Of a DNA stretch of 64,000 nt, positions 52,420 through 64,000 are shown in pieces. The DNA is from Thalia democratica (Eukaryota): NCBI GenBank assembly GCA_965202585.1, contig OZ241831.1:33604001-33668000 (forward strand), in the 5' to 3' direction. How positions within the stretch are numbered: the first letter of the stretch is position 1; each line of letters opens with the position of its first letter. Below the pieces are notes generated by a model, which worked only from the letters and a program-made list of their open reading frames with translations, ran no database searches and was not told where the DNA came from. The translations under genes were made by a program, and so were the position numbers.

Positions 52420-52780
52420 GAGCAGATGTATATATAAATAACATTTGCTTCAAATGCTTCCGAGAATTTACTTTTATTGCTAAAAAAGTAAAAAAAATTA
52501 TTACTGGTGTAGGCCGGTTTAATAACAATGTTGTGTTTTTGACATCACGGCAAGTCTTCTGACAAATTACAGACCACTGCGGAACAAATAAAAACAGCGC
52601 AATATTTGACTATCTTTTAAATTGCACACACTGTAAAAACTCTGACATAGTTCAAAACTTCTAAGTTTTGAAACAATGTAAACAAAGCGAGTACTACAGC
52701 CTGGAATCAATATTGGTTGAGGAAGAAAGGCCTAAGTTAATTACGCAAGTATCATTAGAGATATGCAAAAAATAAAATTT
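52420..52780 (+). mobile_element. Degraded PLE GIY-YIG C-terminal fragment
   Basis: TSRQVF*QITDHCG..SAIFDYLLNCTHC..NF*VLKQC..LESILV..RPKL parallels PLE-A (RQLFVRIKEH..SAVF..C..C..FEV). Confidence 0.5.
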
Positions 52781-52869
52781 GTACACAGCACTTAAAAAAA
52801 ATTTATAAGTATGCATGATTTATAGTTGATAGTAACTTCCTTTTTTTTGTATTTTTTTTAAATTTTTTA

Positions 52870-54150
52870 AACAAATTTACTTTTTACAGCAAAAGGTTTC
52901 TTTATGGTTTCAAAGTTGCAACTTTTTTGCTTGAATCAAAAATTTTTGTTTTTGCGGACTAAATAGTATTTAAAACAATAAAATGTTTGCTTTTAATAAT
53001 AATGTAATAATTTTCAATCGCTTAGTCCTATATCTTCCTATACTTAGATGATTTTTTTTTAATTCTTTGAATACATAAACCTTATAACCAATGATAATTG
53101 CATCAAAGTAGTTTGTGAAAATTTTAATTTTTGGTAGATTCTTTTTAAATATAAGTTTCTTAGTGACACTGGCAAAGACTTCAAAAGTGTTAGTAGAATC
53201 TCCACCTATAACAAAAAATTGTAAATCATTGTTATACTAGCATAGAAGTTCTGTTTACCAACATACTAGAAAATTTTGTCCATTTTATTCTCATGAAAGC
53301 AGTATGCTTCAGTTGAATTTTTAAAGTAACCATCAGTAATGACAATCTTACCTTCAAAACCTGCACATGATGCATTTTTTATACTTACGATCATTTGAGC
53401 TGTATAAGTCAACTTACTACTTTTGATGTCATAACGCAGGCATGTTTCAAAAAAAGAATAAACGTTTCTTTTTGTTTTCCTGAATCCACCAATCACATAC
53501 AACTTCTGTACAAAACTGCAAGCACAAAAACTAAACTATCTATCCAACACTAAAGGCAAATCAGTTAAATTCTTACTGAATTCAAAAAGCTTTCTAAAGC
53601 AAGAATTTAGCTGACTAATGTTTGTACAAATTTTAACCACAAGCCACTACTTAAAATCTCGAAGGAGTATATTTGTTCGATATTTTCATAGTTATTCAAG
53701 CTCAAAAGAAACTCCAATCTTTGAAAACTTCTATCATACAGAGAGCAACACTAAAGTCTTCTTGAGCACAATATCTTGTTTGGTACAAAACAGAAGTTCT
53801 TTTATTAAATATTTTGTATTTCATGTACTACCTTGACGCTTCAATTTCCTTGGAAAGTCTGTATAAAAAGGTACTACATTAAGTAAAGTAAGAATGAAAT
53901 AAACTATAAGGCATTTATTTTTTTAGCCATTGCCTTATTGTAGGAGTAAACTTCAAAACAAAATAGTAACCTAAAAAACTATTAACAATGTTCTATTTAT
54001 AATGGAGTTTATATGTGAGAATATAAGCTACTCATTTTACTGCTTCAAACTTTATCTAAGGTGTTGTTGAAAAGGTAACTAAAATTATAAAAATGCTTGT
54101 TATCAATATCGTTTTATAATTTAAGTATGTGAAAGCACAACATTTCAAAT
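52870..54150 (-). pseudogene. Kelch subfamily B pseudogene 2
   Basis: MYVIGGFRK..CLRYDIKS..FEGKIVITDG (53266-53502) and FFVIGGDSTNTFEVF..IIGYKVYVF in another frame. Multiple stops and frameshifts. Confidence 0.75.
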
Positions 54151-55465
54151 ACTATATAATTCTTTTTAGTTTTGCAGACCAAATTAGAATTTAATAAATA
54201 TCAAAACAGATTAACTTAAAGTAAAAATAAAATAAGTTTTAGTTAAAAAAAAACCAACCAAAAAAAATGAAAGGACTTAACATTAGTTTCGGTTTAGAAA
54301 TCTTTTTAGTACCATTTAATTTTTTTTATTTATTTAATATTTGTTTACAGCTTAAGTCAACTTAGTAGCTATGTTTTTTAAAACAAAACATATACTTTCT
54401 AGCTCACAAAGCAATGTGAAAGTTTAGAAAAAGCGATGAAAAGTAATTACATACAAGCAATCACAAATATACAAAAAACAATATAATATGTATAACATAT
54501 TTAACAGTTAACAAAACAATGTGAGAGTTTAGAAAAAGCGATGAAAAGTAATGATAAGCAATCACAAATGGCTAAATTGTGTAGGGAATTCGCTGTAGAA
54601 AAAGCTTAAATCATTGAAAATAATGAAAAAAAAGTATGTTTTTTGTTACCAAAATAGATTTATTGATCCTTAAAGTTTATGTTTTATGTAGACTCTATAA
54701 TAATAGAAATAGAATGCTACCCTTAAATTTAAAGACAGTTCTAATGTTTTTTTTAAATAGATAAACTGTTCATATAACTTAAATGTAGTTGAATAAAAAA
54801 TTACATCTAAACATTTTTGTTAAAATGTTAATTCTAGTATAATAGTTATGAACACCTTACCATTTTATTTTAATTGAACAACAGTATAGTTCAAAAAATA
54901 AAATTAAGTTATGTCTTATGACTCAATTAGTCGAAATTTCGATAGTTCAACAATGCTTAAATTATTTTGATAAAAAAGTTATCCTTTACAATTCTCATTA
55001 TAAAAACGTTATCCTAAAATATATAAAGAAACAATTTATGACTTACGTTCTTGAGTTTTATTTTTACTCAAAATTATTCATGGTTTTTATAGTAGCTGTG
55101 AAACAATTAAATTAAGACTCTTTTAAAAATTTATTCTAGCTGGAGAAATTGTCATTAGAAAACAGTCAGTTATCCACAAAATTAGATGAAATGCAACATT
55201 TATGTGATGAATTTATGAGAATGGATTCTCGATTTTGTCTTTCTTGATAAGTGCGTACTTAAGGCGTGGTGCGTACCAAAAAAAGTGCGTACTTAAGCGG
55301 TAGTATACTGAAGTAGAAAACTAACTTTTAATTATCAGTATTTAGTCTAGATCGACGCAATTCTTCAGAGCCACTTGAAGTTGTTTATATAAAAAAAAGT
55401 ATAATTAAAGTAAAAAATGATCCTATGAAAATTGTACACATTTAATAGCCAACATTTTGCCAACA

Positions 55466-56219
55466 TTTTGTTATTTAGTAGCCAACAAAAGTCACTTCGA
55501 TTTAAGTTTTGACTCGTTCAGAAAACTTTTATAAACCTCAGAACTGAAAATAACATCAGAAATGGAACTTGTATTTGCTGTTGATAGCTGGATTAAGCAT
55601 AATTACAAGCAAAGAGGTAAATTTGCCAAGGAACTGATTAAACGAATTCGTCTACCATTGTTGTCAAAAGCTTGCTTAGAAAATTTGTTAACAGATTACA
55701 GCTCGTTTTCAAATTGCGCAGACAGTAAAACGTATATAAATAATGCAATTGATAACAAATCAGTAGATACATATGACCCGAGTTCTATTGGTTACCAAGC
55801 TCGGTATTGCAACCAGGAAAATTTTGAGATAATTTCAAATATAGGAACTAGTTTGTACAAACTTGATAATAGAAAGTCTTCCGACGCAAGTAAAAGATTT
55901 CTAAGCTTTTAGAACTTCATTCTAGTATTTATAAAAGCGTGTTTATCGACGAAGTCATTTATTTTATGGGCTTTAACTTCAGATTTTCCTAATCAACATT
56001 GACAAAAAAATAAGTGAAAAGAAAATGTTAGGTAAAAAGTACTTAAACCAACATGCTTGCATATGCAATTTAATGTGGAAGATTAATATAGTAGGTGGAT
56101 TCCATGCAAATTGCAGAAGACTAACAATCTACGGTCCCAAATTTATACTACATCTTAAAATTCTATTATTTTCGATAGAAAGAATTTTATCATTTCATTT
56201 TACACAAATTATTTTTTAA
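55466..56219 (+). pseudogene. G11: plus-strand truncated copy with additional 5' deletion
   Basis: Track ORFs 55562-55912 and 56025-56219. Shared 3' junction. The 5' junction at 55441-55470 carries a short templated insert. Confidence 0.85.
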
Positions 56220-56475
56220 AAGTTGACTTTTTAAATTTCAAAAAAAAAATCTAATTATTGGTCAAAAAGTAACCATAAGCAACATGAAAAAGCAAGTTTT
56301 TAAACTCAATTATGCACTTAAAACATTTTTCCAAAGTATTGTTCATTTGGTATAGTTGAATTAAACTAAGTTTTATGCAAGTAGAACTTAATAATTTTTT
56401 TAATCAATAAAACTAGTTAAAAAATCAGTAAAACAGTTAAGCAAACATTTTAAATTTTACCTACCTACATATAGT

Positions 56476-56796
56476 AGTAAAGTAAACTGAACTACACAAT
56501 AAAGCAACAAATCATAATATAAACAAACAACTCACGTTAATAGAAAGAAAAACTGATTCAAATTTTACTGTTGTTAATGAATGAATGAAACACAGTCACC
56601 ACATCTAACAATCACGTCACAATGAATGGTTGAGATGGCCTCATTTGTATTGTGACGTGATTGTTAGATGTGGTGAATTTGTTTCGTTCATTCATTAACA
56701 ACAGTAAAATTTGAATCATTTTTTTTTACCATTAACGTGAGTTGTTTGTTTATATTATGATTTGTTGTTTTATTGTGTATTTCAGTTTACTTTACT
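56476..56796. repeat. Fold-back palindrome P8 (in plus-strand unit)
   Basis: Same arms, orientation A relative to the unit. Confidence 0.93.
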
Positions 56797-57996
56797 TGTT
56801 TTAGACTTAATATTTACAAATATTATATAGTTTTATAACAGTAGGATTGAATATTAAGTATTTACCTATTATTAACTATTGTCTGTAGAAAATATTTTAT
56901 TTTAATGAAAACATGTATACACCTACTTTATTCTATGCTTCTATTCTTTCATTGCAGTAATTATTTTTTAAAGAACCCAGTTGAAGTGTGTTGATTCGTT
57001 AACACGCAGAAACATAGGTTGGTACAATAAAGGAAGAATTCTGTTCAATTTGTTTTTATTTATGTTCCAGTAAAGTTACATCACTAGGATCTTTTGTTAG
57101 TAAACCATTAAGCCTATATTTTTGAACAGTTATATACAATACGTTTTTTAAATTCTACCTGTAGATACAATATTGCACATATTAGTTTTTATCCTTTGTT
57201 TTTATATTCTTGACTTAAATGTGTTTACTTAATGCATTGTATGTTGTTGAATGTATGTTTTTTAATGAAAGAATTAGCATTGCTTAATCGCCACAGTGTG
57301 GTATCTTGTGTTATATTTACTTTATAAACAACTTAAATTGTTAGGATCCGACAGAATCCTAAATTTAAACGAGATCCGAATTCTAACCGTATTCATTCAA
57401 TAAATCGCTAGTATTAAAGCGTAATTTCTAATTATGTTTTCTTTTTTGTAATAATGATAAATAAATAATAAATGCAGTAATTTTATTTTAAACAAATTTT
57501 TTGAGTAAATGTATGGTAGGTAGATAATGTAGTACTAATGGGTATATGATTTTATTTTGTTAAGGTGCATCCAGTTAAAAAAAGAAAAAAAGTTTACTTT
57601 CTCTCTATAATCTCTCATTTCATTATCTTACTCTAAAATATCGTGACGTAATAAATAAATACAAACAATGTTTGATACAGTATTTCCTACATATACATAA
57701 TGTAAGTAGTAGAAAACTAACTTTCAATTATCAGTATTTCGTCTAGATCGACGCAATTCTTCAGAGCCACTTGAAGTGGTTTATATAAAAAAAGTATAAA
57801 TAAAGTAAAAAATTATCCTATGAAAATTGTACACATGCTTGCTTTTGTATAGAGTTGTAGCACCATATTTTTTTAGTTTTGTAAGTTAGCTTTACAATAT
57901 CATTTTTATAAGTTTTTAATCCATTGTGATTTTTTTTGTTGTAAAACTTGAGCTTTTTTTAATAAACATAATAAAACTTTAACATAATAGTAATTC

Positions 57997-59530
57997 GTCA
58001 GAAGACTTGTCGTGATGTCAAAAACACAACATTGTTATTAAACCGGCTTACACCAGTAATAACGTTATTTACTACTTCAGCAACAGAAGTAAATGCTCGG
58101 AAGAACTTGAAGCAAATGTTATTTATAAATACATCTGCTCTGCAGAACATTTCCTACATTGGAAAAACGTCAAAACTGATGAACTTTCTCATCTGATTGA
58201 TACAACGACACTAATTCATTTGTTCACTTTAAGAGTAACATGAAGGTACTTGTACTAAAAGTTTCAAGTTTACTGAGATTTTACTTATTTTTTTGTATAG
58301 TGAAGTTAACATTATATTAATGGTTTATTTATTGATTATTTCATTATGTTTAATTATAGTATTAACAATCCTTATGTAATTATTTTTTAATATTTTTAAA
58401 TATTAATCTTTATTATACTTTTTAGTTAAATATTATTTTTTTTATGAAAATCTTTGAAATCGTTTTCATCATAAGATATGTTTAGGTTTATAAGATTGTT
58501 TACAAATTGTTAATAATTTTCTTTGTTAAAAAATTAACTTAATTGATATACTACCACGGTGCACAACCAAATATAAACACTTTTTGAATTCTAATTCTTA
58601 TAAAGTTTATGAATGTAAAGTATTTTTATTACGGAGTTTTCAAAGCCGGTACATGATGATATTTAAGCACTGGATAATTTGATTTTCTTTGATATGTTTA
58701 GTTAAACTAAATTTTTGAATACTACATAAACATAGTGAAAAATAAATTCAAGTTAAGCAAGGAAATTAAATGACTTGAAAAATAAAATAACAAATTTTTT
58801 ATCTTGTTTTTTTTGGAGGCACGCATGCGCCAGTGTCTTTGCCAACGCTACGCCCCTGTGTAGGTTTGTTTAATACAAACAAACTTTTTTTTTTATTTTA
58901 AATATTATGTTTGTGATGTGGCAAAAATAAATTTTTAAAATATAATAGTTTTTCTTATTTTTGAACTTCTTTTTAATAAATATATTATATTATTATATAA
59001 AAAACAAAAAGTGTTATAACTGAATACGCACATTCAAACATACATTACTTTTTCAGTTGTGGCCCTTTAAACTTTTTTTTAAAGAGTTTGTCCAAGTTTG
59101 ACTAAACGTGTAACATATATTTCTATTAGGTACAAGATATCGATAATTAAAAAAACTATTATCATGATTTTTTTTTAAACTCATTTACAGTATCTTTTTT
59201 ATGTTGTTATATAGTTTAAGTTTATATCTTAACTTAAATTGTAATTGATATAAATATTAAGCTAAAAATTTGTTGTTTAAAATACCTGGAAGAAGTTTAG
59301 GAAATCCGAATAAAATATTCGAAAATCTTTAATAGCTTTGTATTTAAACTACAATCAAGATAAACTCATAATAAGGAAATAACAATAAAACAGAAATTAA
59401 ACTTAATGCGACTACTAATATAGTGTTATTGTTTAGAATGTACGACAAAAAAGCGATATAAATTTTGGGTGAAGGACCTAGTTTACAAAAAAATCTTTCA
59501 CTTATTGAGATATACACCAACGATACCTTT
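57997..59530 (-). repeat. Older inverted duplicate of ~51000-52565
   Basis: Reverse-complement anchors: GTCAGAAGACTTG (57997) / CAAGTCTTCTGAC (52551), GCGATATAAATTTTGGG (59455) / CCCAAAATTTATATCGC (51101), and the CAGGG.CGTAGC motif at 51701 / 58860. Visibly more diverged than the kelch units. Confidence 0.8.
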
Positions 59531-59664
59531 TAACATCTTATCCAGGTTTTTCATCATTAATAAAAAACAAACTTTCATTAAGTAAAACGAAATAAACTAC
59601 TATGCAAAAAAATAGCAACTAAACCGTAATGATTTTTAACATTTCTGAAAAAACAATTTAGTAT

Positions 59665-62600
59665 AGAATACAGACTGTAAATGTTCAATCTAACCAATTA
59701 ATAAAAGGGTTTCCAAAACTTTTTTCAAAAGACCCCCTTTAAAGAAATGAAAAAAGCTATGACCTCCTCCTGCAACAAAATTACTCGAAAAATTACCATT
59801 AAAAACACCTAAGAACTATATAATGTAATTTTCAATTTTAAAAGTATGGTCTTGTGACTCCCCTTTTTATGGCTTGTGGCCCCTATATATCCTAATTTTT
59901 CCCTAATGTCCTGTATAAGTTTCAAATTTACAATTAGAACACTTGAAGTCTTTTTTTGCTCTTCATCATTTACTCAAGAATATCTAGTGTAAGTATCAAA
60001 TTATGACTTCATGGCCCCCTGTGTTTCCTTTACTGCTTATGCCTCCATCCCTTTGGTCCCTTTGCCGCTCATGACCTCATAAATTTCAGTTATGTTCAAT
60101 TTTTAGAAACCCTGAGTTAAAAATTATCACCAAAACCAAAATCACTAAATAGTAAAAGTAAACACTAGATAAAAAAATTGTAAACCAGACAATTATGTTC
60201 AGAGTAAACTAAATAGATTTTATATTTGTAAGTTTATTCTATTTATAAAAAGTTGCAAACAAACATATGATTTAGTTTTTGTTAAATTGCGATTTTTATG
60301 ACAAACGTGTTTCATATAAATTCCATTTGTAAAAAGGAATGGTTTTATTTTTTAAAGAAAAGTTAAGAATATGTATACAAAGTTAATACATGGGCGACTT
60401 GATACAACTGCACCAGAACTGGAGGTCTTCTTCCTTACCAACCATTCTTGACCTTCGACCCTCGATCATTCTTGGCCATTTTTGATCATCGACTTCCGAC
60501 CATTCTTGTTTCTCCACATCGAACTCAGCATACTTGTAAAGGTGGTGACTTGAGAAAGCTACAATCTTGTTCCCAATTGACAAACATTTCACACTACTCC
60601 AGAACCAGCCAGAACGGGGCATTCTTTTTTGAATGCGTGCGAAGACGTTACTAAAATAATCAAACACTTCACTACTACTCCTGTTGCTAAATACGTACAG
60701 CTTGCTTCCGATGCTCACTGAGTCATGACTGCATTTTTCTTCAAGCATTGGAGGCATTGGAGACCACGAGTTGGAAAAGTGATCATAAACTTCAACTGTG
60801 TTTGTCATATGTTTCACTTGGCGTTGGTCTCTAATGCAACCACCAGTGACTACCAGTTTCCCGCAAAACACTGAGAACGCAACATATGACTTGTGTACTG
60901 ACATCTCTGCTCTTTCCTCCCAGGTATTCAAATTGGGATCGTAGATTGTTAGTCTTCTGCCATTTGCATGGAATCCACCTACTATATTAATCTTCCCAAT
61001 GAAATTGCATATGCAAGCATGTTGGTTTAAGTATTTTTTACCTAACATTTTCTTTTCACTTATTTTTTTTGTCAATGTTGAATAGAAAAATATGAAGTTA
61101 GAGCCCATAAAATAAATGATTTCGTCGATAAATACGCTTTTATAAATACTAGAGAGAAGTTCTAAAAAGCTTAGAAATTTTTTACTTGCGTCGGATGACT
61201 TTATATTATCAAGTTTGTACAAACTAGTTCCTATATTAGAAATTATCTCAAATTTTTCCTGGTTGCAATGCCGAGCTTGGTATCCAATAGAACTCGGGTC
61301 ATATGTATCTATTGATTTGTTATCAATTGCATTATTTATATACGTTTTACTGTCTGCGCAATTTGAACACGAGCTGTTATCTGTTAACAAATTTTCTAAG
61401 CAAGCTTTTGACAACAATGGTAGACGAATTTGTTTTATCAGTTCTTTGGCAAATTTACCTCTTTGCTTGTGATTATGCTTAATCCAGCTATCAACAGCAA
61501 CTACAAGTTCCATTTCTGATGTTATTTCCAGTTCTGAGGTTGATAAAAGTTTTCTGAACGAGTCAAAACTTAAATCGAAGTGACTTTTGTTGGCTACTAA
61601 ATAACAAAACCATCTTTCAATGCACTTAATTGCACATGTTTGAAAACGTGGTAGATTGAACAGTCTTGATACTTCAAAAAAGCATAAGGAATTTTGCACG
61701 TTAAATGATATTGCAACCATGCATTTACCAACTTTTTTCAAATCTTCAGATGATAGCATTTTACCAACCTTAATAAAACTTATTGTTTCTAATTTCTGCA
61801 AACTCTTCTTTTCTGTTAGTTAATTAAATGATAAAATTAAGTTAATGCTATACGCTAGAGGCAAAGCTATTAATGAACAAAATATTAAAACAAAATAAGA
61901 ATTTGTGTTTACAAAACCAACCTTTTTTATAAAACTTTAATAAGTTTTCTACAGTACTTCTGCTAGTTCTACTGGAGGCATTGTATTTGCAAGTTCTAAC
62001 TATTTTATCTCCTACATCATTTCTCTTGCAAGAGTCAAGATGATTTAACAGCTTCTCACGTACATTATCGTTTACAGTTGAACTTCTGGTTTTCTTCTTT
62101 TTAATTGGAAAGTTTTTGAAGCATTGTTACTTTGACGTTTTCTTTCACCCATTTTTATGTAATACATATAACTGCTGCAAAAACAGTTATAAGTTACAAT
62201 TTTATATAAAAAAATATGGTTAACTTTTTTAAGAAAGATTATTTTCTTAAATCAAGTTAAACAAATTCATACAATTATTGTTTTTTCCAAGTAAAATAAT
62301 TTTTCAAGTATAAAATTTTAAACAGAGTACTAAATAAATGACAAACCAGTTAAAAACTGGACTTAAAGAATATTTTTTTTCGTAACACTATAGATGAAAA
62401 TAATAATTCTTTTAGTTACATTAAAGACACCTTTACTTAAACTTAGAAAGTAGTCTAACTTTGTGTCTTATTAAATAATCTCCACAAATTTTATAGCTAA
62501 CAATTGCAGAACTTTGTGGAGTTATGAATACAGAATTTTCAAAAGAAGGCGTAGTTTGTTGTGAAAAAGTAATAAGCAACAAGGAAGAAAGAACTGGTAA

Positions 62601-64000
62601 ATAACAGTTGATATTGAATCTTTTTAAAATTTTGCAAAATTTGCAATGAAAAAATTTTTTGGAAACCCCAGTTTAAACTTTCCACTTCTTTGTGAAAACC
62701 TCAAGTTTTATCAAATAATATTAAAAAAAGCTTGTTAAAGTTAAAGAAAGTTTTATTGAGGAACTTCTTAAATTGTAAAATAACGTTGAAAAAAAAATTG
62801 TAAAGATACTTGAAGGTGTTTTACGGAACACAAAATAAGTTCAATATATGTTGTTGCTTCCAGCTGCACACCAAACTCAACTAGCTGCTTACATGAAACT
62901 GCCTATCACGCATTCGCCCCGTTGCGTCAGTATTTAGTTTAAAACATTACATCAGATGATTCTCATTGGTTCGTGCAATGAAGCGTATCTAACTCTAAAT
63001 ATTCTAAAAAACAATGACAATGCAAGGAATTTGCACTGTCACTACTATATATCAAAATCTTAAATACTTTAGCATTATATGTCAAGTTCAAGGTTTTTGG
63101 AAGCGCTGAAGTGACCAAAAATTAGTTATATGTCTTCAGGTTGAATAATCAGCATAAAAATTAATGATAAACTGATTTTAAGGTTTTCAAAATAACAAAA
63201 ATCTAGTTTTGTAAAATAAAAAATAAAAATGTGTTAATATAATTTTAACAAAACTTATAAAAACTTTAAAAAGTTTTATTATGTTTATTAAAAAAAAAGC
63301 TCAAGTTTTACAACAAAAAAAATCACAATGGATTAAAAACTTATAAAAGTGATATTGTAAAGCTAACTTACAAAACTAGAAAAATATGGTGCTACAACTC
63401 TATACAAAAGCAAGCATGTGTACAATTTTCATAGGATCATTTTATACTTTATCTATGCTTTTTTTTATATAAACCACTTAAAGTGGCTCTGAAGAATTGC
63501 GTCGATCTAGACGAAATACTAATAATTGAAAGTTAGTTTTCTACTACTTGCATTATGTATATGTAGGAAATTCTGTATCAAACATTGTTTGTATTTATTT
63601 ATTACGTCACTATATTTTAGAGTAAGATAATGAAATGAGAGATTATAGAGAGAAAGTAAACTTTTTTTCTTTTTTTAACTGGATGCACCTTAACAAAATA
63701 AAATCATATACCCACTAGTACTACATTATCTACCTACCATACATTTACTCAAAAAATTTGTTTAAAATGAAATTCCTGCATTTATTATTTATTTATCATT
63801 ATTACAAAAAAGTAAACATAATTAAAAATTACGCTTTAATACTAGCGATTTATTATATGAATACGGTTAGAATTCGGATCTCGTTTAAATTTAGGATTCT
63901 GTCGGATCCTAACAATTTAAGTTGTTTATAAAGTAAATGTAATACAAGATACCACACTGTGGCGATTAAGCAATGCTAATTCTTTTATTAAAAAACATAC
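59665..64000 (+). repeat. Direct duplicate of window positions 1 to ~4340 (offset 59664)
   Basis: AGAATACAGACTGTAAATG at 1 and 59665. The colinear 3' flank, full kelch gene and upstream unit continue to the window end. Confidence 0.95.
60383..62152 (-). CDS. G12: BACK-Kelch (KLHL-like) protein, 553 aa if exon 1 is repaired
   Basis: Exon 2 (61812-60383) is fully open: BACK-type ELEITSEMELVVAVDSWIKH..IRLPLLS and Kelch repeats IVGG..TIYDP..W, VTGG..VEVYD..W. Intron 61921-61813. Exon 1 (62152-61922) is 231 nt rather than 232 because an A6 run is A5 (62112-62116). AATAAA at 60344-60349. Confidence 0.75.

Larger units (their letters stand above)
54641..57980 (+). repeat. Segmental duplication S3, paralog of ~38808-42350
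   Basis: Colinear from TTGTTACCAAAATAGATTT through orphan exon, transposon end, kelch fragment, palindrome and unit spacer. Confidence 0.9.

Overview
Very AT-rich eukaryotic genomic DNA with spliceosomal GT-AG introns. The BACK/Kelch expansion, Penelope-like elements and base composition suggest a cnidarian such as Hydra, which is inference only. The window is an amplification and rearrangement hotspot for one two-exon BACK-Kelch (KLHL-like) gene. I count 12 copies (G1-G12). The gene has a Lys/Arg-rich 77-aa exon 1 where a BTB domain would normally sit, a 109-nt intron, and an exon 2 encoding BACK plus Kelch repeats (553 aa when intact). Copies lie in ~4.0-4.2 kb tandem units: a minus-strand array at 0.7-26.3 kb, plus-strand modules at 30, 39.6-45.2 and 55.5-58 kb, and a new minus-strand array from 60.4 kb. 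Only the 3'-most copy of an array keeps the Kelch propeller. Most others break at the same base after the first Kelch repeat, and G7 and G8 are shorter fragments. Only G6 keeps an open spliced ORF (333 aa, Kelch-less). G12 is full length except for one homopolymer indel. The ~4-kb unit carries a 320-bp fold-back palindrome (8 copies in the window) whose loop is flipped in two units. Between arrays lie a cluster of three decayed Penelope-like elements with pseudo-LTRs and hammerhead-ribozyme motifs, hAT and Tc1/pogo-type relics, two divergent tandem arrays of a ~430-bp tRNA-like Pol III unit, two pseudogenes of a second Kelch subfamily, and several kb-scale direct and inverted duplications.
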